From Lentisphaerae bacterium ADurb.BinA184 (GTDB lineage Bacteria; Verrucomicrobiota; Lentisphaeria; Oligosphaerales; MVZH01): a stretch of DNA of 55,420 nucleotides. This document shows positions 41,302 to 50,262 of the stretch, piece by piece. A program made the position numbers and the translations under genes. Position 1 is the stretch's first letter. Every line of letters starts with the position of its first letter. The stretch is from contig MVZH01000002.1 in the NCBI GenBank assembly GCA_002068325.1, positions 1-55,420 on the forward strand, in the 5' to 3' direction. Below the pieces are notes generated by a model. It searched no databases and was not told the DNA's origin. It worked only from the letters and a program-made list of their open reading frames with translations.

Positions 41302-44028
41302 TCAGCCCTTGGCCTTCTGCGCCCTGATGGCGGCCTGGGCCGCGGCCAGCCGTGCGATCGGCACGCGGAACGGCGAGCAGCTCACGTAGGTCAGGCCGTT
41401 GCGGAAGCAGAACTCGACCGATGCCGGGTCGCCGCCCTGTTCCCCGCAGATGCCCACCTTGAGATCCGGACGCGTCGTGCGGCCCTTCGCAACGGCCATC
41501 TCGATGAGCTGCCCGATGCCGTCCTGATCAATCGTCTGGAACGGGTCGGCGTCGAGGATCTTCCCCTCGACGTACGCCTCGAGAAAGCCGCCGATGTCAT
41601 CGCGGCTGAAGCCGAACCCCATCTGGGTCAGGTCGTTGGTGCCGAAGGAGAAGAACTCGGCGGTCGCGGCCATGCGGTCGGCCAGCAGCGCCGCGCGCGG
41701 AATCTCGATCATGGTGCCATACTTGTATTCGATCTTCTTCAGGCCGCTGGCCTTGAGGACCTCGGCGTAGACGCGGTCGACGATCTTCTTGGTGACGTCC
41801 AGCTCGCGCACATCGCAGGTCACCGGCACCATGATCTCCGGCTTGGCCTTGCGTCCGGCTTTGAGCAGCTCGGCGGCGGCCTCGAGGATGGCGCGCACCT
41901 GCATCTCGGTGACCTCCGGGTAGGTGATGCCGAGGCGGACGCCGCGGTGGCCCATCATCGGGTTGGACTCGTGCAGGGCGGCCCCGCGCTTGCGGACCTC
42001 CGCCGTCTTGATGCCCAGCGCCTTCGCCAGCTCGGCCTGCTTGGCCACGTCCTGCGGCACGAACTCGTGCAACGGCGGGTCGAGCAGGCGGACGGTGACC
42101 GGCAGGCCGTCCATCGCCTCGAGCGTGGCCTTGATGTCCTTCTTGACAAAGGGGTAGAGTTCCTTCAGCGCCTTGACCCGTTCCTCAACCGTGTTGCTCA
42201 GAATCATCTTGCGCAGCAGGAACAGCGGCCGGTCGGCGCCCTTGCCGTAGAACATGTGCTCGGTGCGGAACAACCCGATGCCCTCGGCGCCGAACTCGCG
42301 CGCGATCTTGGCGTCGGCCGGGGTGTCGGCGTTGGTGCGCACGCCCATGGTGCGGCAGGCGTCAACCAGCTTCATGAATTTCTGGAAGCGCGGGTTCTCG
42401 GAGGCGTCCACCATGGCGACCTGGCCGGCGTAGACGAAGCCGCGCGTGCCGTTCATGGTGATGAGGTCGCCCTCCTTGAAGACGGCGTCGCCGACCTTGA
42501 GTTTCCTGGCCTTGGCATCAACGTGCAACATGCCGGCCCCGACGATGCAGCACTTGCCCCAGCCGCGGCAGACCAGCGCGGCGTGCGAGGTCATGCCGCC
42601 GCGGGCGGTGAGAATGCCCACCGCCGCGCGCATGCCCTCGACGTCCTCGGGATTGGTCTCCTCACGGACCATGACAACCTTCTTGCCGGCGCGGGTCTGC
42701 GCCACGGCATCCTCGGCCGAGAAGACGATGTGCCCGACCGCGCCCCCCGGCCCAGCCGGAAGGCCCTTGGCGAACGGCGAGACCTTGGCCTCGGCCTTCG
42801 GATCGAGGATCGGGTGGAGCAGTTCGTCAAGCTGCTTGGGGTCAACCCGCAGGACGGCGGTCTTCTCGTCGATCAGCCTCTCGTTCAGCATGTCCAAGGC
42901 CATGTTCAACGCGGCGGTGCCGGTGCGCTTGCCGACGCGGCACTGCAGCATCCACAGCTTCTTCTCCTGGATCGTGAACTCGATGTCAAGCATATCGGTG
43001 AAGTGCTTTTCGAGCTTGGTGCGGATGGCATCGAGCTCGCGGTAGACCCTCGGCATGACGTCCTGCATGCTGTGCAGGTGCTTGTTCTGCTCGTTCTTGG
43101 TGTCGTCATTGAGCGGGTTCGGCGTGCGAATGCCGGCCACCACGTCCTCGCCCTGGGCGTTGACCAGCCACTCGCCGTAGAACTTGTTGTCGCCGGTGGC
43201 CGGGTCGCGGGTGAAGGCCACGCCGGTCGCCGAGCTGTCGCCCATGTTGCCGAAGACCATGGCCTGGACGTTGACCGCCGTGCCCCACTCGTCGGGGATG
43301 CCTTCAATGCGGCGGTAGGAGACCGCCTTCTTGCCGTTCCAACTCTTGAAGACCGCCGCGATCCCACCCCACAGCTGGGCCATCGGATCGTCCGGGAACG
43401 CCTTGTGCAGGTGCGTCTTGACGAGCTTCTTGAAGGTGTCGGCCAGCGTCTTCAGGTCGTCGGCGGACAGCTCGGTGTCGGACTTGTAGCCGTGCGCGTG
43501 CTTGTAGGCGTCCAAGGTTTCGTCCATGACCTTGCGGATGCCCTTGCCGGCGGCGGGCTCACGACCCTCGGCCTTCTCCATGACCACGTCGGCGTACATC
43601 ATGATCAGGCGGCGGTAGGAGTCCCAGACGAAACGCGGGTTGCCGGTCTTGCGGATCATGCCGGGGATGGTGGCGGTGGCCAGGCCGACGTTCAGCACGG
43701 TGTCCATCATGCCGGGCATGGACTTGCGGGCGCCGGAACGGCAGGAGACTAGGAGGGGGTTGGCGGCGTCCCCGTACGTCATGCCCATGATGGCCTCGGT
43801 CTTGCGCAGGGCGGCCAGCACCTCGGCCTCCAGCGACTTGGGCAGCTGGCAGCCGCTGGCGTAGTAGGCCGTGCAGCAGTCGGTGGAGATGGTGAAGCCG
43901 GCCGGAACCGGAATGTCCAGCAGGCACATCTCGGCCAGGTTGGCGCCCTTGCCGCCAAGCAGATTCTTGTCCCCGGCGCCGCCTTCCGCCGTGCCGCCGC
44001 CGAACGTGTAGACGTACTTCACCGCCAT
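41302..44028 (-). CDS. ppdK: Pyruvate, phosphate dikinase
   Basis: MAVKYVYTFGGG...GGKGANLAEM is the typical N-terminus. The phospho-His motif is GGMTSHAALVCRGWG. The protein is 908 aa, and GAGGGA lies upstream as a Shine-Dalgarno. Confidence 0.92.
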   Translation of the reverse strand: MAVKYVYTFGGGTAEGGAGDKNLLGGKGANLAEMCLLDIPVPAGFTISTDCCTAYYASGCQLPKSLEAEVLAALRKTEAIMGMTYGDAANPLLVSCRSGARKSMPGMMDTVLNVGLATATIPGMIRKTGNPRFVWDSYRRLIMMYADVVMEKAEGREPAAGKGIRKVMDETLDAYKHAHGYKSDTELSADDLKTLADTFKKLVKTHLHKAFPDDPMAQLWGGIAAVFKSWNGKKAVSYRRIEGIPDEWGTAVNVQAMVFGNMGDSSATGVAFTRDPATGDNKFYGEWLVNAQGEDVVAGIRTPNPLNDDTKNEQNKHLHSMQDVMPRVYRELDAIRTKLEKHFTDMLDIEFTIQEKKLWMLQCRVGKRTGTAALNMALDMLNERLIDEKTAVLRVDPKQLDELLHPILDPKAEAKVSPFAKGLPAGPGGAVGHIVFSAEDAVAQTRAGKKVVMVREETNPEDVEGMRAAVGILTARGGMTSHAALVCRGWGKCCIVGAGMLHVDAKARKLKVGDAVFKEGDLITMNGTRGFVYAGQVAMVDASENPRFQKFMKLVDACRTMGVRTNADTPADAKIAREFGAEGIGLFRTEHMFYGKGADRPLFLLRKMILSNTVEERVKALKELYPFVKKDIKATLEAMDGLPVTVRLLDPPLHEFVPQDVAKQAELAKALGIKTAEVRKRGAALHESNPMMGHRGVRLGITYPEVTEMQVRAILEAAAELLKAGRKAKPEIMVPVTCDVRELDVTKKIVDRVYAEVLKASGLKKIEYKYGTMIEIPRAALLADRMAATAEFFSFGTNDLTQMGFGFSRDDIGGFLEAYVEGKILDADPFQTIDQDGIGQLIEMAVAKGRTTRPDLKVGICGEQGGDPASVEFCFRNGLTYVSCSPFRVPIARLAAAQAAIRAQKAKG

Positions 44029-44162
44029 GGCATCATCCCTCTCTTACCTGTTGCACCGCAATGACGAGCATCATGCAACCCCGGCCCGGAAAAGACCTGC
44101 CGCCGCGTCGCCGAAGACCGGCACGGCGAAGGATCGGGCCGAAAGGCGCGAAAAAACTGAGT

Positions 44163-44191
44163 AATATAGTCCGTCCGATGCGGTTTGTCGA
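44163..44191 (-). promoter_or_regulatory. Sigma70-like promoter upstream of ppdK (TCGACA, 17 nt spacer, TATATT)
   Basis: The minus strand reads gggcggggTCGACAaaccgcatcggacggacTATATTac, about 135 nt upstream of the ppdK ATG. Confidence 0.45.
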
Positions 44192-44203
44192 CCCCGCCCA
44201 GTT

Positions 44204-44245
44204 GGCCGATGGCAAATAGCAAATAGAAGATAGCAAATGGCGGCG
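44204..44245. repeat. Heptamer run GGCCGAT GGCAAAT AGCAAAT AGAAGAT AGCAAAT GGCGGCG (left arm)
   Basis: The hand parse shows an AT-rich island in GC-rich DNA. The units are reverse complements of units in 44441-44468. Confidence 0.85.
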
Positions 44246-44324
44246 GCGCCACGAGCACGATGAAAGCATGCCCGCAACCACCAGAGCCAGGGAGGGAGAC
44301 CAGCTGTCCGGCCGAAGGTCGGCA

Positions 44325-44398
44325 GGTGGAAGGAGGACGGAGGACGGTGGGACGGTGGGACGGTGGACGGTGGACGGTGGACGGTGGACGGTGGAGGG
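44325..44398. repeat. Central G-rich tandem run (GAGGACG x2, GTGGGACG x2, GTGGACG x4, GTGGAGG)
   Basis: Hand parse of ggaggacggaggacggtgggacggtgggacggtggacggtggacggtggacggtggacggtggagg. The period is 7, with two 8-nt units. Confidence 0.85.
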
Positions 44399-44440
44399 GG
44401 CCTAGGCGGATGTCTGCTCGCGCCTACCCCCCTTCCCGCC

Positions 44441-44510
44441 ATCTTCTATCTTCTATTTGCTATTTGCTATTCTCTATTCGCCGTGTTCCGTCTGCCGTTT
44501 GCCGTCGCCG
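44441..44510. repeat. Heptamer run ATCTTCT x2, ATTTGCT x2, ATTCTCT, ATTCGCC, GTGTTCC, GTCTGCC, GTTTGCC, GTCGCCG (right arm)
   Basis: ATTTGCT is the reverse complement of AGCAAAT, and ATCTTCT of AGAAGAT. The run is therefore inverted relative to 44204-44245. Confidence 0.85.
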
Positions 44511-44531
44511 GCCTGCTCACCGGCCGCTGGT

Positions 44532-45224
44532 CTACCTCTGCCCGTAGTAGGCTCCGGGCCCGTGTTTCCGCCGGTAGTGCCGCTCCATAAGATACTGCGG
44601 AATAGACCGTTGCGAACTCCGCAACTGGAGCGTCCCCAGCCCCATCTCCGCCACCGCCTCGAGCACTACGCTGTTCTTGACGGCGGCTGCGGCCGTCTCC
44701 CCCCAGGTGAACGGGCCGTGCCCGGCCACCAACACCGCCGGCACGCCCAGGGGGTCGCGGCCGCTGAACGTCTCGACGATCACCCCGCCGGTGTTGGCTT
44801 CATAGGCGCCGCCGACCTCCTCGGCGGTCAGCATCCGGGTGACCGGCACGTCCCCGTGGAAATGGTCGGCGTGGGTCGTGCCCAGGCAGGGCAGGGGAAG
44901 TCCGGCCTGGGCGAAGGCCGTGGCCGAGGGGCTGTGGGTGTGGGCGACCCCTCCCACCCCGGCAAACGCCCGGTACAGCGCCAAGTGGGTCGGGGTGTCC
45001 GACGACGGACGCAGGTCGCCCCAGATCACTTTCCCCGACAGCAGGTCCAGCAGCACAATGTCGGCGGCCGTCAGCGCGTCATAGTCCACGCCGCTGGGTT
45101 TGATGGCGACGGTGCCGCTGTCGCGGTCGATGCCGCTGACGTTGCCCCAGGTGTAGGTGACCAGGCCGCGCGCCGCCAGCTCAAGGTTGGCCTCGCAGAC
45201 GGCTTCGCGCAGGCGTGCGAGCAT
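44532..45224 (-). CDS. araD: L-ribulose-5-phosphate 4-epimerase (class II aldolase fold)
   Basis: An internal ATG gives 230 aa. The protein looks collinear with E. coli AraD as I recall it: TWGNVSGIDR..., IKPSGVDYD, PSSDTPTHLALY, VAHTHS, GTTHADHF, and the C-terminal HYRRKHGPGAYYGQ. Confidence 0.85.
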   Translation of the reverse strand: MLARLREAVCEANLELAARGLVTYTWGNVSGIDRDSGTVAIKPSGVDYDALTAADIVLLDLLSGKVIWGDLRPSSDTPTHLALYRAFAGVGGVAHTHSPSATAFAQAGLPLPCLGTTHADHFHGDVPVTRMLTAEEVGGAYEANTGGVIVETFSGRDPLGVPAVLVAGHGPFTWGETAAAAVKNSVVLEAVAEMGLGTLQLRSSQRSIPQYLMERHYRRKHGPGAYYGQR

Positions 45225-45238
45225 GGGGGCGGCTGAGC

Positions 45239-46111
45239 CTATTCGTTGTTGCTGGGCTGCTCGGGCGGCGGCTGCATCTGCGGGAACAGCATCGGGTACT
45301 GGCCCGCCAGCTCCTGCACGTTCTCGGGCGTGACGAGGAGGTAGCGCTTGTTGAAGGCGGCCTCGGGATCCTTCGGGATGGACGGATCCTGCATGTCGGG
45401 ATCCGGCCGGTACGTCAGCATGGCCGTGACATACCCCTCGCGGATGGCCTCCTGGAGCTGCGGCAGGTTCATGGCGCTGACCAGCACCAGCTTGGGGGCG
45501 TTCTTCATCGTCCACAGCGAGAGGTTGTTCAGATCCATCGGCAGGCCGATCAAGCTGATGATCAGGTTGGTGCCCTCGGGCATCTCCTTGATCAGCTTGT
45601 TGAAGTCCTTGGCCTGCAGCATGGTGTCCATCATCGGGCCCATCATGGCGTAGCCCATGTCCTCGCCCTCGGGCCCCTTCGGCATGCTCTCCATGTACTT
45701 CTTGTACTCCTCCGGAATCTCGGGGCTGACCACGGCGCCGATCTCGACCGCCTCGCCCAGGCCCTCCTTCAAACCCGCCATCTGCGCCTCGAAACGCGGA
45801 TCAACCGCCTGTTGCGGCATGAACTCGACCGACTTGATCACCAACGCCTTGCCGCCGCTGAACTTCTCCGCCAGGTACGTGCCCAGCTTCTTCGTCGAGA
45901 TCCTCTCATAGGCCAGCTCACGCTTGCGGATGTCATTGATCTCCCGCTGGCTCGGGCCGCCGCCGCGGAACATGCTCCCAATCGCCAGAACCAGCGCCAC
46001 CAGCGCGCAGGCGACGGTCAGAGGCTTGCCCCACTCAACCCCCTGCTTCATCTTGATCAACCCGAGGACCGCACCCACACCTGCCAGAGCGATGACGATG
46101 TACAACCACAT
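45239..46111 (-). CDS. Hypothetical membrane-anchored protein (two N-terminal TM helices), co-transcribed with araD
   Basis: A strong AAGGAGGAG Shine-Dalgarno is present. The N-terminus is MWLYIVIALAGVGAVLGLI...LTVACALVALVLAIGSMF. Lys/Glu/Met-rich coding statistics differ clearly from shadow ORFs. The stop lies 14 nt before the araD start. No family was recognised. Confidence 0.7.
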   Translation of the reverse strand: MWLYIVIALAGVGAVLGLIKMKQGVEWGKPLTVACALVALVLAIGSMFRGGGPSQREINDIRKRELAYERISTKKLGTYLAEKFSGGKALVIKSVEFMPQQAVDPRFEAQMAGLKEGLGEAVEIGAVVSPEIPEEYKKYMESMPKGPEGEDMGYAMMGPMMDTMLQAKDFNKLIKEMPEGTNLIISLIGLPMDLNNLSLWTMKNAPKLVLVSAMNLPQLQEAIREGYVTAMLTYRPDPDMQDPSIPKDPEAAFNKRYLLVTPENVQELAGQYPMLFPQMQPPPEQPSNNE

Positions 46112-46389
46112 GAACGGATCTCCTCCTTTTCTGTTTCGGACCCTTGCCGTACGTGCGGGGCCATCATGCCCACTGCCAGCCGCCCATCCCCTGCCGCACC
46201 GTGCGCTCTCCCGCGCCTAACACTGGCAAGGGCAACGTCCAGAACTATACAGAGCGAACCGCCCGGAAGCAAGCGCCCGCACCGCCCAACCGCCTGACGC
46301 GGTCAGGCGGCGGGCTTGCGTCGGCGGCCGATGACCGAGTATATTCCCGGACGAGAGCGCCGAGGGTTCCTGCTCTCCGGAGGTCTGCC

Positions 46390-48027
46390 ATGGAGCCGAA
46401 CGCACCGGTCAGGACGCCCTGTGAGCGTCACCCCCGGGTGACCGCCAGCGCGCACTGCCTGCAGTGCGGACAGCCGATCTGCCGCGAGTGCGTGAGTGCA
46501 TTCGGCTATTTCTGCGGCGAGGCGTGCCGGGCCAAGTCGAAGTCATCCGTCAACGTCGCCGAGCGGCAGGCGTTTGAGGCCGAGGAGGCCCTGTACGCCG
46601 CCACCGCGCGCAAGGCCCGCACGATCGCGCTGGCGGCGGCCGCGCTGGTAGCGGTGCTGATCGTGCTGGCCATCCTCAAATGGCGCTACCTGGCGCCGGG
46701 CCGGGTGGCCTGGACATGGCGTTGGCCGCCAGGCGCCGCGAGCGTCCAGATCGTCGGCAGCACCGAGGACACGGTGTCGGTCCTGGCCGGGGACACGCTG
46801 TACGTTCTCGATGCCGCCGGCGGCCGCGAACGCCGCCGCACCAAGCTGGCCGCGCATCCCGAAGGCGACCTCGAACTGCACGCCACGGCGGATGGATTCG
46901 TCGGCACGGACGGGCGAACCTTCCTCCGCCAGGACGCCGGGGGCAGACTCCTCTACACCCTCGACCTCGGGGCGGCCTGCGACACGGTGGTCTACGCGCC
47001 CGGCTTCCCGGCCGCCTGGTGCCTGTACGAACCCGACTACGACTTCCGCACCGGCGCCGTCACACCCGGGCGGCTGCTCGGCGTTGACTTGGTCGCCGGC
47101 CGCGAAATGTGGCACGCCGAGGCGGCGCCAGGCATGTTCCCCAGCCGGATCGTGGCCGCGGGAACGATCCTTTACTTGGTTGAAAACACGGCCTACGATG
47201 CGGCCGCCGGGCAGCAGCCCGCCGGCGGCAACCTCGTCGCCATCGAGGCCCGCACGGGCCGGCGGCTCTGGGTCTCCCGCCTCTCGGAAGACCTGGCCTG
47301 GGGGCCCGAGACCGCGGGCGGGCTGCTGCTGATGGAGTACAAGGGGAAGTTCCGTGCGGTCGCGGCCGACGGCACCGAGGCCTGGTCCGTGGTCGTGCCC
47401 GCCGGCGACCGTTCCAGGCATGTGGTCGGCGAGGGGCTGGTCTTCATCGAGGGCGAGAGCGGCACCCACGTGTATGAGCTGGCCAGCGGCCGGCGCCTGT
47501 GGAGCGTCAGCGTGCAGCCTGACGGCGACCTGCTGGCGGCCGACGGCACCCGCCTGCTGCTCACCGGGGCGGCGGCCCTCGCGGGCGGCGGCGGCCTGCC
47601 GCCCGGCCTCAACCAGGCCCAGGATACGTTGAAGGACATGGGCGGCGGAACCGGCGGGCTGCTCAAGCAGTTCATGCGGCAACGCGTCCTGATGGCCCTC
47701 GACCGGACGACGGGCAAGGAACTGTGGCGGGCGTCCAACGTCGTCGGCGACCTGTTTGTCGGAAAGTCCGGCGTGATCGAGGTCAACGACACCAGCCGCA
47801 CCAGCGCCATCCAGATGATGACCGGCGGCCGCGGGTACGCCATCGTGCGGCAGTTTGCGGCGGCGGTGGACCTGGATTTCGAGCCGTACGGGCTGGCCGG
47901 CGGCCGGCTGGTCGGGGTGGCGCGTACGCGGGGGGGGACGGTGGGGGCGCTGGCGGCGGCGCACGGCGACCGGGCGGGGGGCACGTCCCGGCCCGTCGGC
48001 GTCATCGGCATCCGAATCCGCAAGTGA
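46390..48027 (+). CDS. B-box-type zinc-finger / single TM / PQQ-like beta-propeller repeat protein
   Basis: A GGAGG Shine-Dalgarno is present. The zinc finger is CERHPRVTASAHCLQCGQPICRECVSAFGYFCGEAC and the TM segment is IALAAAALVAVLIVLAIL. Repeated ...G-x-L-x-A-(L/V)D-x-x-TG-x-x-LW... blades follow (LVAIEARTGRRLWV, VYELASGRRLWSV, MALDRTTGKELWRA). Confidence 0.75.
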   Translation: MEPNAPVRTPCERHPRVTASAHCLQCGQPICRECVSAFGYFCGEACRAKSKSSVNVAERQAFEAEEALYAATARKARTIALAAAALVAVLIVLAILKWRYLAPGRVAWTWRWPPGAASVQIVGSTEDTVSVLAGDTLYVLDAAGGRERRRTKLAAHPEGDLELHATADGFVGTDGRTFLRQDAGGRLLYTLDLGAACDTVVYAPGFPAAWCLYEPDYDFRTGAVTPGRLLGVDLVAGREMWHAEAAPGMFPSRIVAAGTILYLVENTAYDAAAGQQPAGGNLVAIEARTGRRLWVSRLSEDLAWGPETAGGLLLMEYKGKFRAVAADGTEAWSVVVPAGDRSRHVVGEGLVFIEGESGTHVYELASGRRLWSVSVQPDGDLLAADGTRLLLTGAAALAGGGGLPPGLNQAQDTLKDMGGGTGGLLKQFMRQRVLMALDRTTGKELWRASNVVGDLFVGKSGVIEVNDTSRTSAIQMMTGGRGYAIVRQFAAAVDLDFEPYGLAGGRLVGVARTRGGTVGALAAAHGDRAGGTSRPVGVIGIRIRK

Positions 48028-48042
48028 GCGCGAGGCGCGGTC

Positions 48043-49035
48043 TTGGCAGACGATCTGCAGCGCGAGTACCGAAAGGTCGTGGGCGCGGCCTTGGCCGCCC
48101 CTTGGCCAAGCTGCACCCGGCACGGCGACCGGCCGGCCGAGGCGGCGTGCGCGTGCTGCGAAAAGGTCTACTGCTGGGAGTGCCTGCGGCACGAGGCCGC
48201 GGACGACCGGCTGGTCTGCGTGCCCTGTCGCGAGGCGGCCGCCGAGGGTGAGTGCGGGCGGCGCTGGGTGCGGACGCTGACCCGGCCCTACCTGTGGGTC
48301 GTCGGACTCGCCCTGGCTGCGCTGGTCGCCTACCTGGCCGGGGTCGGCAACCCCGACCCGGACAGTCTCAGCCGGCGCGACCGGAACCGGCCCTGGCCGC
48401 AGCGCCGCACCGCCGTGCTGTGGTTGCGCCAGGCCGCGCGGGCCCGGGCCCGCGTGAGCCGTCTCCAGAGCCAAGGCCGGCAAGCCGAGAGCCGGGTCTG
48501 GGCACGGCTGGCAACGACCGCCCTCGGCCGGACCGGGGAGGCCTGGCGCGGCGAACCGCCCGAACCCCAGGTCCGCATCGCCGAGGCCCAGGCCCTGGCC
48601 GACGCCGGCGATGCCGCGGCCGCCTGGAACGCCATCCGCGCCTTGGACGGAGCCATCCCCTCCGACGACAAGCGCCACCTCGCCTTCCTCCTCCACCGCG
48701 GCCGCCTCGCCATTGCCGCCGGACAGACCGAGGCCGGCGTAGCCGACTGGCGCCGGATCCTCGAACGGACCGCCGAACCCGCCTCCCTCCACCCCACCCA
48801 GGCTCTCGACGCCATGCTCGACAAACTCTCCCTCGGAGCGGTCGAGGGTGGCGTCACGCTCCTCCTCGAACAGGTCTCCGAGACCGGACTCACCGAGTAC
48901 GACGTGCGCGAACGCACCCTCGACCTGATCATGGAACACGGCCTGAACAACCGCTTCGCCGACCTGCTCCGCACCGCCAGGGCACCCGACCCCGAGACGG
49001 AGGCCGGCGGCCCCCTGACGATCGAATTCGAGTGA
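48043..49035 (+). CDS. B-box-type zinc-finger / single TM / helical-repeat (TPR-like) protein
   Basis: TTG start. The zinc finger is CTRHGDRPAEAACACCEKVYCWECLRHEAADDRLVCVPC and the TM segment is YLWVVGLALAALVAYLAG. The C-terminus is Ala/Leu-rich and helical. Confidence 0.65.
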   Translation: MADDLQREYRKVVGAALAAPWPSCTRHGDRPAEAACACCEKVYCWECLRHEAADDRLVCVPCREAAAEGECGRRWVRTLTRPYLWVVGLALAALVAYLAGVGNPDPDSLSRRDRNRPWPQRRTAVLWLRQAARARARVSRLQSQGRQAESRVWARLATTALGRTGEAWRGEPPEPQVRIAEAQALADAGDAAAAWNAIRALDGAIPSDDKRHLAFLLHRGRLAIAAGQTEAGVADWRRILERTAEPASLHPTQALDAMLDKLSLGAVEGGVTLLLEQVSETGLTEYDVRERTLDLIMEHGLNNRFADLLRTARAPDPETEAGGPLTIEFE

Positions 49036-49047
49036 GGCGTCCCGCCC

Positions 49048-50262
49048 ATGATCTTCCCCTATGCCGCAGAGACTGACCGCGACTGGGAGTTCACCCAGGA
49101 ACGGGCGTGGGCCGTCTACAGCCTGCTCGCCATCCTGCTCCTCGTGCACCTGGCCGTCGCGCGGCTCCCCGAGGAACGCCAGGTGGATGTGATCTACCGC
49201 TTCGGGGCCGTCCGCTGTGCCCTCCACGCGTACAGCCTCATCACCTGCGCCTTCCTGCACGGCGGCTGGTTGCACCTCATCGGCAACGGCTACTTCCTGT
49301 GGATCTACGGCGTCACCCTCGAAAAACTCCTGGGCGGCGGCCGCTTCCTGCTCCTCTACGCGGCCGGCGCCATCGTCAGCATGCTGGTGCACTTCGCAAC
49401 CCTGTCGCCCTTCGTGATGGACATCCCCACGATCGGCGCGTCGGGCGCCATCTCCGCCGTGCTCGGCGCCTTCTTCGTGCTCCTGCCGACCGCCCGGCTG
49501 CGCTGCGCGGTCGTCTTCTTCCTGCGCCCGATCCTCGGCTCGCTGCCCGCCTGGGCGGTGCTCGGCATATGGTTCCTCGGACAACTCTACCAGAGCCTCG
49601 ACCCCCAGGCCGCGTCGGCCTCGGTCGCCTTCTGGGCGCACGTGGCCGGCTTCGCCGCCGGGGCCGGCCTGGGCACGCTGCTCGACAGCCTCAGGGTGCG
49701 ACGGCGCCGGCACCACGAGGAGGCGTCCCACCACTTCCTCGACGAAGCTTGGCAGGCCTTCACCGCCGGCAACCTCACCCGCGCCGCAACCTGCCACGCG
49801 CGATTCCTCGACGAAAGCCCCGAGGCCGCGCACCGCGACTCGCCCCTCCTGGCCGGACTCCTGGCGTGGCACCACGACCACGACGCCAACCGCGCCGCGC
49901 AAGGCCTGCTGCGTGCCTTCAAACGGGCCGGCAACGCCCTCGACCACGTCCGGCAACTGTCGGTCTACATGCAGATGCGACGGCACCTGCCGCCCGACAG
50001 CATCCCGCCGTTCGCCCACCGGGACGGCGCCGCGGCCGCCATCGCCTGCGGCCAGCCCGCCCTCGGCGTCGAAGCCGCCGGCGCAGCCCTCGGCGAGGGG
50101 CTGGACGAGCGCAGCCGCGAGCAAACCCTGGCGCGCAGCGAGGCCGCCCTCCGCCACAAGCTCGGACTGGCCGACGCGGCCGACGGCGTGCGTGCACTGC
50201 TCGACCGCCACTTCCCCGGCCATGACCTCCGGCGGGCCGCGGCCGGGCAACCCCCCGCATGA
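49048..50262 (+). CDS. Rhomboid-family intramembrane serine protease with C-terminal helical-repeat extension
   Basis: FLHGGWLHLIGNGYFLWIYG is present. IGASGAISAVLGAF carries the catalytic GxSG, and FWAHVAGFAAGAGLG carries the catalytic His. Confidence 0.8.
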   Translation: MIFPYAAETDRDWEFTQERAWAVYSLLAILLLVHLAVARLPEERQVDVIYRFGAVRCALHAYSLITCAFLHGGWLHLIGNGYFLWIYGVTLEKLLGGGRFLLLYAAGAIVSMLVHFATLSPFVMDIPTIGASGAISAVLGAFFVLLPTARLRCAVVFFLRPILGSLPAWAVLGIWFLGQLYQSLDPQAASASVAFWAHVAGFAAGAGLGTLLDSLRVRRRRHHEEASHHFLDEAWQAFTAGNLTRAATCHARFLDESPEAAHRDSPLLAGLLAWHHDHDANRAAQGLLRAFKRAGNALDHVRQLSVYMQMRRHLPPDSIPPFAHRDGAAAAIACGQPALGVEAAGAALGEGLDERSREQTLARSEAALRHKLGLADAADGVRALLDRHFPGHDLRRAAAGQPPA

